Positions 24,126-32,000 of a stretch of DNA of 32,000 nucleotides are shown piece after piece (within the stretch, counting starts at the first letter, position 1; the number at the start of each line of letters is the position of its first letter). The stretch is from Candidatus Iainarchaeum sp. (lineage in GTDB: Archaea > Iainarchaeota > Iainarchaeia > Iainarchaeales > 0-14-0-20-30-16). A model generated the notes under the pieces. The model was not told the DNA's origin and did not search any database. It saw only the letters and a list, made by a program, of their open reading frames with translations. Location: the NCBI GenBank assembly GCA_028710695.1, contig JAQTTP010000005.1, positions 30,981 through 62,980 on the forward strand, given 5' to 3'. The position numbers were made by a program, and so were the translations under genes.

Positions 24126-27059
24126 AAAGGTCCTCTTATGCTATTAGTACTGGTCAGCTGAATATCTCGCCGAAGCTCGATACTTACACTTCCAGCCTAT
24201 CAACCCAGTCTTCTACTGGCGCATTAGTCTGTCCGAAGACAGAGTGACGATCTATTTTCAGGGGGGACTTCAAGCTTAGATGCTTTCAGCTTTTATTCCT
24301 TACGGCGTGGCTACCCAGCGCTGCCCTCCCGGACAACTGGTAGACTAGAGGCCGCGACCTTTTGTTCCTTTCGTACTAGAAAGATCTTCCCTTCAGATCA
24401 TCAACAGTCCCAACAGATAGTAAACAAACTGGCTCGCACCGTTCTTAACCCAGCTCACGTACGGCTTTAATGAGTTAACCCCTCCACCCTTGGCTGCTTA
24501 TGCACAGCCAGGATGCCATGAGCCGACAACGAGGTAGCAAACCGCGGGGTCGATATGTACTCTTGCCCGCGACAACCCAGTTACCCCCAGGGTAGCTTCA
24601 CTATCAGACCAGACTGCCACCAAAGCAGTACTGACGATCATTAAGCCCTTCTTTCGAATCTGCATTCCTTGTTTTGCAGAACACAGTCAAGCCTGCTTTT
24701 GCCCTTACACTCGACAGGATGTTCCTAACACCCCTGAGCAGACCTTTGGGTTCCCCTGATACCTTTTCAGGGGAGTACCGCCCCAGCCAAACCACCAACT
24801 CTGCAGGTGTCCCCCTTTCGGGGTGAGTCTTAGAATTTCTAAAGGTTAGTGTCCCATTGACGTCTCCACAGTTCCTGACGAAACTGCTTCGAAGACTACT
24901 AACTACGCTGCACATCAAAAATTCTAAAACAGCAACAGATTGTGGTAAAGTTCCGTGGGGACTTCACCTCCCATTGGGACGCCGTGGCATATTCACCACG
25001 CAGTGGGTTCGTCGAGTTATAGTTAGGGACAGTGGGAATCTCGTTACTCCATTAATGCAAGTCGGCATTAAACCGACAAGGTATTACGCTACCTTAAGAG
25101 CCTCAGAGTTAGGCCCGCTCTTTACCAGCGCTTAGACCCCTTGAAAAGGGTTTTCACGTACTGGCAGTGAGCAGAAGTCGGCCCCTATACTAATCTTTTC
25201 AGACTCGCAGGGACCTACGTTTTTGATAAACAGTCGGACTCCCCTTGTTAGTGTCACCTACAGTTTACACAACTGCAGGCACCCCTTATACCAAAGATAC
25301 GGGGCTATTTTGCCGAATTCCCTTAACTATATTCTCTCGATACGCCTTGGCCTTCTCAGCCAGGGGCACCTTTCCCGGTTCTCGGTACGATCTGATGGAA
25401 TCCTTATGATCTTTCTTTTCATGGTTACCAGGTGTGAAAAACAGCTTTCGCCCCATCACCTCTTAAAGCCCTTCTCGTCATTATAACTCTCCAGGCTTAT
25501 ATTAGGATTGGATATTCTGGGAAGAATACGTTTTCTAACCCAATAAGTCAAAAGATCATCTATTGTTACCAAGTTGTATCCATCAGGTACAGGAATATGA
25601 ACCTGTTTCCCTTTCCCCCCACTCGTGTTACGATGGGGGTTAGGATCGACTAACCCTTAGCTGATGATCAGTGCTAAGGAACCCTAGCCCTTTCAGCGGA
25701 GAGGGTTCTCACCTCTCATAGCTATTACTACCGCTAGGATCAATATTCCATATAGGTCCACAAGAACTCACGCCCTTGCTTCTGCCCTATAAGAAAACCT
25801 TCTTACAAGATATTACATACAATGCAATCTGCATGGTATCGGTGGTCTGTTTTAGCCCCGTATATTTTTGGTGCCCTCACTCTCGGAAGGTGAGTTGTTA
25901 CACACTCTTTAAATGATAGCTACTTCTGAGCTTACATTCCCTCTGTCTTAGAGTAAAGACGCCCTTTATTTGCACTTAACAGACACTTTGGGACCTTAAC
26001 CACGCGCAGGGTTGTTTCCCTTTCGGACCGGAAGCTTACCCCCCGGATCCCAACTCCAACCTTCTTAGACAAATGGCGATTCGGAGTTTAACAAAAAAGC
26101 CGAGGATCTCTCCCCAATACTTTTTGATCAGTGCTCTACCCACCATTTCGTCTCAGGTCAAGCTAACCTTAGAGCTATTTCAGAAGGAGCCTGCTATCAC
26201 CAAATTCGCATAGATTATCGCTCCCACTCCCAGGTCACCTAAACAGTTAGTCTAGAACTAGAAACGGACCTCCACCCCTTTGTAAAAGGGTTTCATCCTG
26301 CCCAGGAGTAAATCATTTGGTTTCAGGTCTGGTATCTGTGACTAAAGACGGATTAGCATCCTTGTCCTCACTAAAAGTTGCGACAACTCGGTTTCCCTAC
26401 GCCTACGAGGTTTAACCCCTTAAGCTTGCCACAGACACAAATTCCCTAGCCCGTGCTTCGTGACGAACGACGTAACACTGTACAGAGCGCTTCGTTACCT
26501 TAGGCGCTCTACCTTTTGTGCCGCGTCCACCTATTACCATTTGGTTTCAGGTGCTTTTAACTCCCTACCAAGGGTGCTTTTCAACTTTCCCTCACGGTAC
26601 TCGTTCGCTATCGGTCTTGGAAGAATGTTTAAGATTGGGGGTTGGTAACCCCCGTATTCATACGCAAATGCCAATGCGTATTACTCTCGGTTACTATCGG
26701 ATCTTTCTCTCTTATAACTAAGGGGCTATCACCCGCTATGGCGCTTCTTTCCAGAAGTCTTCGTCTTAAAGAGTTAAGACCCTAACTAGACCTCACCACA
26801 TCTCCCACTAATTTCTTAGAGGGATTCAGTTTGTCTTCTGCCCTTTTCCTTCGCCAGTACTAGGGGCATCGCGATTGCTTTCTTTTCCTGCAGGTACTAA
26901 GATGCTTCAATTCCCTGCGTCTCCCCCCCTTTCGGGGTAATTCGGGTATCTCTGGTTCAATGGTTGCGTGCACCTCGCCAGAGCTTTTCGCAGCTTGCCA
27001 CGCCCTTCTTCGGCTTCCAAGCCAAGTCATCCACCAAATGGTTCACTAGGACCCTTAAC
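24124..27059 (-). rRNA. rrl: 23S (LSU) ribosomal RNA
   Basis: Minus strand begins ...GTTAAGGGTCCTAGTGAACCATTTGGTGGATGACTTGGC... and ends ...GCTGACCAGTACTAATAGCATAAGAGGACCTTTAA. The 5' TTAAGGGTCCT and 3' AGGACCTTTAA pair as helix 1. Ends are approximate (+/- ~10 nt). Confidence 0.92.
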
Positions 27060-27061
27060 AC

Positions 27062-27082
27062 TTTACTTGCCTATGCTAACTA
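27062..27082. repeat. 23S processing-stem arm (5' spacer); inverted repeat of 24015-24035
   Basis: Lies 3 nt outside the inferred 23S 5' end; its partner lies ~88 nt beyond the 23S 3' end. Confidence 0.7.
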
Positions 27083-27168
27083 TGTGTGATATAAATATCA
27101 CGAGTTACGCCAGAACAAAAAAACTTGTTCTAACTACTCATAACTCTCGGAAAGTCCATATTTACATA

Positions 27169-27276
27169 TGGACTCAGCGGGAATTGAACCCGCAGCCTCG
27201 GCCTTACTCGCAGCCCCAGAATAAATTCTGGAGTATTGATGCAAGGGCCGCGCTCTCCCAGTTGAGCTATGAGCCC
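27169..27276 (-). tRNA. tRNA-Ala (anticodon UGC) with a 35 nt intron at the canonical 37/38 position
   Basis: Minus strand GGGCTCA TA GCTC AACTGGGA GAGC G CGGCC CTTGCA [intron] A GGCCG AGGCT GCGGG TTCAATT CCCGC TGAGTCC A. It has the G3:U70 alanine identity pair and discriminator A73. No encoded CCA. Confidence 0.9.
27205..27239 (-). other. tRNA-Ala intron (35 nt)
   Basis: Removing TCAATACTCCAGAATTTATTCTGGGGCTGCGAGTA restores a 7 nt anticodon loop CUUGCAA and the 5 bp anticodon stem CGGCC/GGCCG. The intron holds a CCAGAA/TTCTGG hairpin. A UGCG segment could pair with U34-A37. Confidence 0.75.
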
Positions 27277-27289
27277 GTAGACTGTTATT
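27277..27289. repeat. 16S processing-stem arm (3' flank); inverted repeat of 28883-28895
   Basis: gtagactgttatt is the exact reverse complement of aataacagtctac at 28883-28895 (13/13). It directly abuts the tRNA-Ala 5' end. Confidence 0.7.
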
Positions 27290-27310
27290 AAACAATTACG
27301 AAAATTCAGA

Positions 27311-28791
27311 AGGAGGTGATCCGTCCGCAGGTTCCCCTACGGACACCTTGTTACAACTTAGCCCTCCTCACGAAACAAGAAATCGAACTACCATTGAAGT
27401 AGCCCTCATTCTAGCCTCATTCGGGTGGCTTGATGGGCGGTGTGTGTAAGAAGCAGGGACACATTCACCGCGTGATAGTGACACGCGATTACTAGGGATT
27501 CCAGCTTCATGAGAATGAGTTACAATCCTCAATCCGAACCTAGACCGAGTTTCACGGATTACCTCCCCCTCTCGAGTTCGATACCCATTGTCTCGGCCAA
27601 TGTATGCCGCGTGTTGCCCAGAAGATTCGGGTCATACAGACCTATCGTCGCCCACCCCTTCCTCTAGATTGCTCCAGCTGTCCTTTCATAGTGCGCCCTT
27701 CCGAAGAAAGACTAGCAAAAGAAAGCATGGGTCTCGCCCGTTGCCTAAGTTAATAGGACACCTCACGGCACGAGCTGACGATGGCCATACAGCACCTCTC
27801 AGCGTGTCAGGTAACCCCATCAGAGTGACCATCATCCTGCTGTCGCCCCTGGTAAGTTTCTTTGGCGTTGTATCCGATTAAACCGCAGCATCCACCCCTT
27901 GTGGTGCTTCCCCGCCAATTCCTTTAAGTTTCAGCCTTGCGACTATACTCCTCAGGCAGCAGACTTAACGGCTTCCCTACGGCACCCCGCAAATCCAAGA
28001 TTAACGGGACACCTAGTCTGCAACGTTTACAGCTAGGACTAACCGGGTATCTAATCCGGGTCGCTCCCCCAGCTTTCATCCCTCACCGTCAGGTCCGTTC
28101 TCGTAAGTCGCCTTCGCTACTGGTGGTCCTCTATGGATTATCACATTTCACCGCTACCCATAAAATACCACTTACGTCTCCCGGCCTCTAGTCAAGTAGT
28201 ATTCTCTGCAATTCAACAAGTTAAGCTTGTCAATTTCACAAAGAACACACTAAACAGGCTACGGATGTTCTAGGCCCAATATCCACGAGTACCACTTGTG
28301 GAGCACGTATTACCGCGGCGGCTGGCACGTGTCTTACCCTCCACTTATTCGCCAAGTTATTTACACTTGACAAAAGCTAGAAAACTAGCACTAGGAATCC
28401 CCCTATCGCGCTTTCGCGCATTGTAGAATTTTCGCGCCTGCTGCACCCCGTAGGGCTAGGGGCCTTTTCTCAGTCCCCTTCTCCGGGCTCCCCCTTGCAG
28501 GGCCCGTACGGATCTCAGGCTTGGTGGGCCATTACCCCGCCAACAACCTAATCCGACGCAGACCCATCCTAAGGCGCCAGCAAGAAAAGGCTTGCTGACT
28601 TTAATAAAAAGAGCATCCCAGCTTCAATTTACTATGAGGTATTACTCTCAGTTTCCCGAGCTTAACCTCTCCTCAGGGTAGGTTGTCCACGTGTTACTGA
28701 GCCGTTCGCCGAAGGTATCCATATACCTTCCAGACTTGCATGGCTTAGTCGAATTCCTATAGCAGTACTCTCCAGCGGGATCAGCTGGAAT
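27311..28791 (-). rRNA. rrs: 16S (SSU) ribosomal RNA, archaeal type
   Basis: 5' end ATTCCAGCTGATCCCGCTGGAGAGTACTGCTATAGGAATTCGACTAAGCCATGCAAGTC. Internal GTGCCAGCCGCCGCGGTAA. 3' end ...GTAACAAGGTGTCCGTAGGGGAACCTGCGGACGGATCACCTCCT. Length ~1481 nt. Confidence 0.93.
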
Positions 28792-28882
28792 CATATCGCA
28801 ATATTAGTCTAAAAACATTCAGAAATTGGTTTAATTATACACACATTATATTTGGTTAAAAAACTTTCGTTGTGTTCTTACC

Positions 28883-28895
28883 AATAACAGTCTAC
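28883..28895. repeat. 16S processing-stem arm (5' leader); inverted repeat of 27277-27289
   Basis: Perfect 13 bp complementarity bracketing the 16S gene. Neighbouring ACAACGAAA / TTTCGTAATTGT segments could extend it with a bulge. Confidence 0.7.
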
Positions 28896-29018
28896 ATCCT
28901 ACCTAAAATACCTTAGGTAATCATGGGATGGTTCTCAAAAAATGAGAAAACCAACAAAAAAGCACAGCAAAAATCTTTTGCTATGAAGTTTTTATAAAAT
29001 ATAAAGGGACACAAAAGC

Positions 29019-29030
29019 TTTATAAAGGTT
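29019..29030 (-). promoter_or_regulatory. Candidate rRNA operon promoter (AACCTTTATAAA on minus strand); a second TTTATAAA box lies at 28991-28998
   Basis: Same AACC-TTTATAAA element as at 17928-17947 and 23921-23940. It lies ~200-230 nt upstream of the 16S 5' end, leaving room for the leader arm of the processing stem. Confidence 0.45.
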
Positions 29031-29121
29031 TTCGGCTTATTCATTATGTAGATTGAAGTGTCAAGGCTAATTTTTAGTTCATTATTTTAGTCACAAAGTA
29101 AACAAATTAGTAAAGTTTTGT

Positions 29122-30168
29122 CTATTCCGCCACAACTCTATTTCTTCCTTGTTCTTTTGCCTTATACAATCTCTCATCCGCCAAAGACACCAAAAGGTCA
29201 GGACTTGCTTCCTCAGCTTCATTAACACTAGCAACCCCTATACTTATAGTTACTTTACCTACCGAGAACTCAGAGTTATCTATTGCTGACCTAAGCCTCT
29301 CCCCAACAAGCTTTGCACCTTCTTTGTCACAGCTTAAGAGAACAATAAATTCTTCTCCACCCCAACGACAAAGGAAATCTTGGCCTCTTCCAGGTCTATT
29401 TCTTAAACTACTAAACAGAATCTTTGCTAATTTTCTAAGAACTATATCCCCGTTAAGGTGGCCATAGGTGTCATTGATGTTCTTGAAATGGTCTATATCT
29501 ATTATTAATAAGGAGAATACTGCTTTGGTTTTTTTGTAATCTTCTAACTTGTCATTAAAGTTTATTTCAAAAGAACGTCTAATCGAAACTTTAGTCAAAG
29601 GGTCCAACTGTTTGTCTATTACAGATGCAATAAACCGCCCAATAGATGCAAAATATATTGCAGAGATTAGAAGCATTGTCTTTATGTCTTCTCCATACTT
29701 TAATTTTTTTAGTAGAAGATTCTTGCCTTTTATTATTACAATTCCAATAACAGAATCATTGAATACAAGAGGAACCAATAGAGTGCTTTTATCAAACACC
29801 GAGTTAATTAGAACTTTAGTATATCTAAAATTATGTGGTACCATATTATAGGCATAAATTATATTCTTCTTGCCTTTTGGATAAAAATAGATTATTTCTT
29901 TGTCCTCAATTGATTTTAGAATATAATAATTCTCAGGAGTTATCTGATTCAAATCCATTTCTTCCAAATGGCTTGTAGTCTTAGTTCTATTCGCCAAACA
30001 TACAAGAGTATCTTTATCCAGCAAATAAACTCCAATATTTTCTACATCCTTCAGGGTATCCATTATTAATTCCGATACTCTGCTTAAGTTGGTTTCATAT
30101 TTAGAACTCAAGAGTGTACTCAGGGTATAAAGTTCTTTTGCAAGGGCCCACCCCCAAATTTTTTGCAT
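29122..30168 (-). CDS. GAF-like sensor / GGDEF-domain diguanylate cyclase (GGEEF active site, RxxD I-site)
   Basis: Numbering from the track ORF: DPLT (aa 192-195), IIDIDHFKNINDTYGHLNGD (225-244), RGQD (264-267) five residues before GGEEF (273-277; nt 29347-29361). The N-terminal ~160 aa end in LLVPLVFNDSVIGIVIIKG, which looks GAF-like. The track start at 30177 is GTG. The ATG at 30168 follows tAGGTGtcattaATG, which overlaps the transporter's stop. Confidence 0.85.
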   Translation of the reverse strand: MQKIWGWALAKELYTLSTLLSSKYETNLSRVSELIMDTLKDVENIGVYLLDKDTLVCLANRTKTTSHLEEMDLNQITPENYYILKSIEDKEIIYFYPKGKKNIIYAYNMVPHNFRYTKVLINSVFDKSTLLVPLVFNDSVIGIVIIKGKNLLLKKLKYGEDIKTMLLISAIYFASIGRFIASVIDKQLDPLTKVSIRRSFEINFNDKLEDYKKTKAVFSLLIIDIDHFKNINDTYGHLNGDIVLRKLAKILFSSLRNRPGRGQDFLCRWGGEEFIVLLSCDKEGAKLVGERLRSAIDNSEFSVGKVTISIGVASVNEAEEASPDLLVSLADERLYKAKEQGRNRVVAE

Positions 30169-30177
30169 TAATGACAC

Positions 30178-31401
30178 CTATAGGAAGAATGAAAAAATAA
30201 ATAAAATTATTAGAACTAAAACGTCTACATATAACATAGCACGATATAGTTTATATATTCTCCCCCCAAGTGTCGAAAATGATTTTGTAAAGATTAAAAA
30301 TAATAACAAAAATAAGAAAGCACAGAATATTGTCAGATATGATCCAAATACAGTATCCAAAAACTCAATAACTGCTACAGAAAATAAAGACGGAATAGCA
30401 AGAACTATCAAAACTACAAGAGCAATCAATGCAACTTTTTTTATCTTCACTTTGTAATAATCTACAAAGGATGCAACTACAAGCTCGAACAAGGAAATTG
30501 CCGAAGTAAATGCTATCAAAAAAATCAGCAAGAAAAATATTGGACCCAAGAAAACTAGATCTTTAAAGGCCATAGTCAAAACATCAAAAACCAATCTTGG
30601 CCCAGAAGCCAGGTCCAAACCATAACTAAACAAAAAGGAATAGATAATAATTCCAATCAAAACTGATATTAAAATACTAGAAAAAACTACGGCCCCAATT
30701 GTAAAGTTTAGGTTTTCTTTTTTTGAATAACTTGCATAAGTTAGCAGAATCCCAAATCCCAAAGACAAAGAGAACAGAGCATGTGCAAACGCAAGAACGA
30801 TCGTCTTCAAAGATATTGCAGATGCATTAAAACTAAACATATATTTCACCGCAGTCCCAAAGCCTGGGCTTGCCACAGCAAAATATAATAAAACAAATAA
30901 AAATATCACAAACAGCACAGATGAAATATAGTTAACTACATTAACCCCTTTCTTAAGTCCAAATCTTACTGCCAAATAAATTAAAAATACAGTAATAAAA
31001 AAAGCAGCAAACATCAACACGCTTCCAATATAGGAATCAAATGACATAAAGCCGGCAAAGGAAGTAAAGAAATAGCCCAAAGTCCAAGAAGTCACAACAG
31101 AATAGTAACTAAGCACAATAAGTGAAACAAAAATTAAAAACAAAGGAATAAGTAAGACATATTTTGATCTGAACTTTTCCTTAAATAAGCAGATAATAGT
31201 AGTTTTATATTTCTGACCTAAATACATTTCAAAAAAGATCAAAGGAATTCCAAGAATTAAAACAGCAAGAATGTACAAAAACAAGAAGGCAGAACCGCCA
31301 TTACTTCCCATCAAATAAGGAAAACGCCAAACATACCCAAGCCCGATTACTGATGCAATTATATCAAGAAATAATGCTAGTTTCCCAATATGTTCACGCA
31401 T
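30178..31401 (-). CDS. Sodium-dependent transporter, neurotransmitter:sodium symporter (NSS/SNF) family, short form
   Basis: 407 aa, about 11 hydrophobic helices. TM1 signature SVIGLGYVWRFPYL (family consensus GLGNxWRFPY) and TM6 FSLSLGFG. ATG at 31401. Confidence 0.82.
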   Translation of the reverse strand: MREHIGKLALFLDIIASVIGLGYVWRFPYLMGSNGGSAFLFLYILAVLILGIPLIFFEMYLGQKYKTTIICLFKEKFRSKYVLLIPLFLIFVSLIVLSYYSVVTSWTLGYFFTSFAGFMSFDSYIGSVLMFAAFFITVFLIYLAVRFGLKKGVNVVNYISSVLFVIFLFVLLYFAVASPGFGTAVKYMFSFNASAISLKTIVLAFAHALFSLSLGFGILLTYASYSKKENLNFTIGAVVFSSILISVLIGIIIYSFLFSYGLDLASGPRLVFDVLTMAFKDLVFLGPIFFLLIFLIAFTSAISLFELVVASFVDYYKVKIKKVALIALVVLIVLAIPSLFSVAVIEFLDTVFGSYLTIFCAFLFLLLFLIFTKSFSTLGGRIYKLYRAMLYVDVLVLIILFIFSFFL

Positions 31402-31464
31402 TACATATATATTTCATATACATATATATTATTATTAGTAAAGACGAATAAAAGAGGAAAGAGA

Positions 31465-32000
31465 ATGATTCCTGATTTTCTGAAGAAACATTATCTTTTG
31501 ACCACATTCTTTTTTATATTTATTTTTTTGCCATATCTAATCCTAGAAATCTATGATTATAGTGGACTGTTCAGCTTATTTACAAGGCTTCTTTGTTTTT
31601 CTTCGCTTTTTGTGTTTTGCATAGTTTTGTCTAAATACTTAGAACATAAAAACAAGGCAATAAAAATTACTTTATTTTTTCTATTCTTCTTATATTACCT
31701 CATCACATATGTATTTGCAATATATCTAATCTTCTCAAGAACACCATTTAAAATTATGATTACTATTGAGCTTGGGTTGAATTCAATAACACATGGAATG
31801 GTTGGGATTTTAGGATACTTTAACATTACCCTAGTCCTTATTGCTGTAGTTCTTTTATTTTTACTTACTGGCCACTTCTTCAGAAAAATAACAAAAGATA
31901 TTCACAAAGAGTTTGGAGGAAAGATAATTGGCTTATTACTTCTTGTAAATGTTGTATTCTTAGTAACTGGAAATGACTTGGTAGTTTCTGCAGTAATAGA
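31465..32000 (+). CDS. Polytopic membrane protein, partial (continues beyond right edge)
   Basis: Not in the track because it runs off the edge. ATG at 31465 follows aaaGAGGaaagagaATG. Open to the window end and translates to several hydrophobic helices (MIPDFLKKHYLLTTFFFIFIFLPYLILE...). Confidence 0.55.
   Translation, partial: MIPDFLKKHYLLTTFFFIFIFLPYLILEIYDYSGLFSLFTRLLCFSSLFVFCIVLSKYLEHKNKAIKITLFFLFFLYYLITYVFAIYLIFSRTPFKIMITIELGLNSITHGMVGILGYFNITLVLIAVVLLFLLTGHFFRKITKDIHKEFGGKIIGLLLLVNVVFLVTGNDLVVSAVI

Noticed and set aside
27149-27157. GGAAAGTCC, which resembles the RNase P RNA CR-I motif.
   Set aside because: It is on the plus strand inside the 9 bp hairpin next to the tRNA-Ala 3' end, and no other RNase P conserved regions are nearby.
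24604-28191. Track ORFs inside the rRNA operon: 24604-24918, 24857-25135, 25223-25486, 26460-26648, 26518-26721, 26968-27291, 27588-27881 and 27937-28191.
   Set aside because: They lie within 23S, 16S or tRNA sequence. They are open only because of the higher GC content there, and their products are low-complexity and Arg/Ser/Pro-rich. They are not genes.

Overview
Low-GC archaeal fragment. The archaeal assignment rests on GatE, a four-subunit 2-oxoacid:ferredoxin oxidoreductase, a 16S-tRNA(Ala)-23S operon with archaeal 16S termini, and an intron-containing tRNA. A DPANN-like lineage is only a guess from AT-richness and compact genes. 26 of 28 protein genes and all RNAs are on the minus strand. 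Left to right: a partial Cys-rich surface protein (1-882) and gatE (913-2751). A ~15 kb, 16-gene glycan cluster follows (2818-17814): a WbpA/B/D/E/I-like diacetamido-uronic-acid route, a flippase, three GT4 glycosyltransferases, a CE4 deacetylase, a second DegT enzyme, three class I methyltransferases, a Trm112-like zinc ribbon and a FemAB/GNAT-like fragment. Then come an Obg-like GTPase, a porGDAB operon with a coupled fifth gene, and a leaderless methyltransferase gene. A ~730 nt ORF-poor stretch (23396-24123) holds a GC-enriched, promoter- and terminator-flanked structured RNA candidate I could not assign to a family. The rRNA operon (23S 24124-27059, tRNA-Ala 27169-27276 with a 35 nt intron, 16S 27311-28791) has flanking processing-stem inverted repeats and no 5S. 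It is followed by an NSS transporter coupled to a GAF-GGDEF diguanylate cyclase (29122-31401) and a partial membrane protein. Most notable: the intact GGDEF cyclase in an archaeal context, the orphan structured RNA, and the decoration cassette in the glycan cluster. All family calls are by-eye motif recognition; no searches were run. Several track ORFs begin at TTG/GTG shown as M; I moved those starts to in-frame ATGs preceded by GGTGA(T)-type Shine-Dalgarno sites complementary to the 16S 3' tail in this window.
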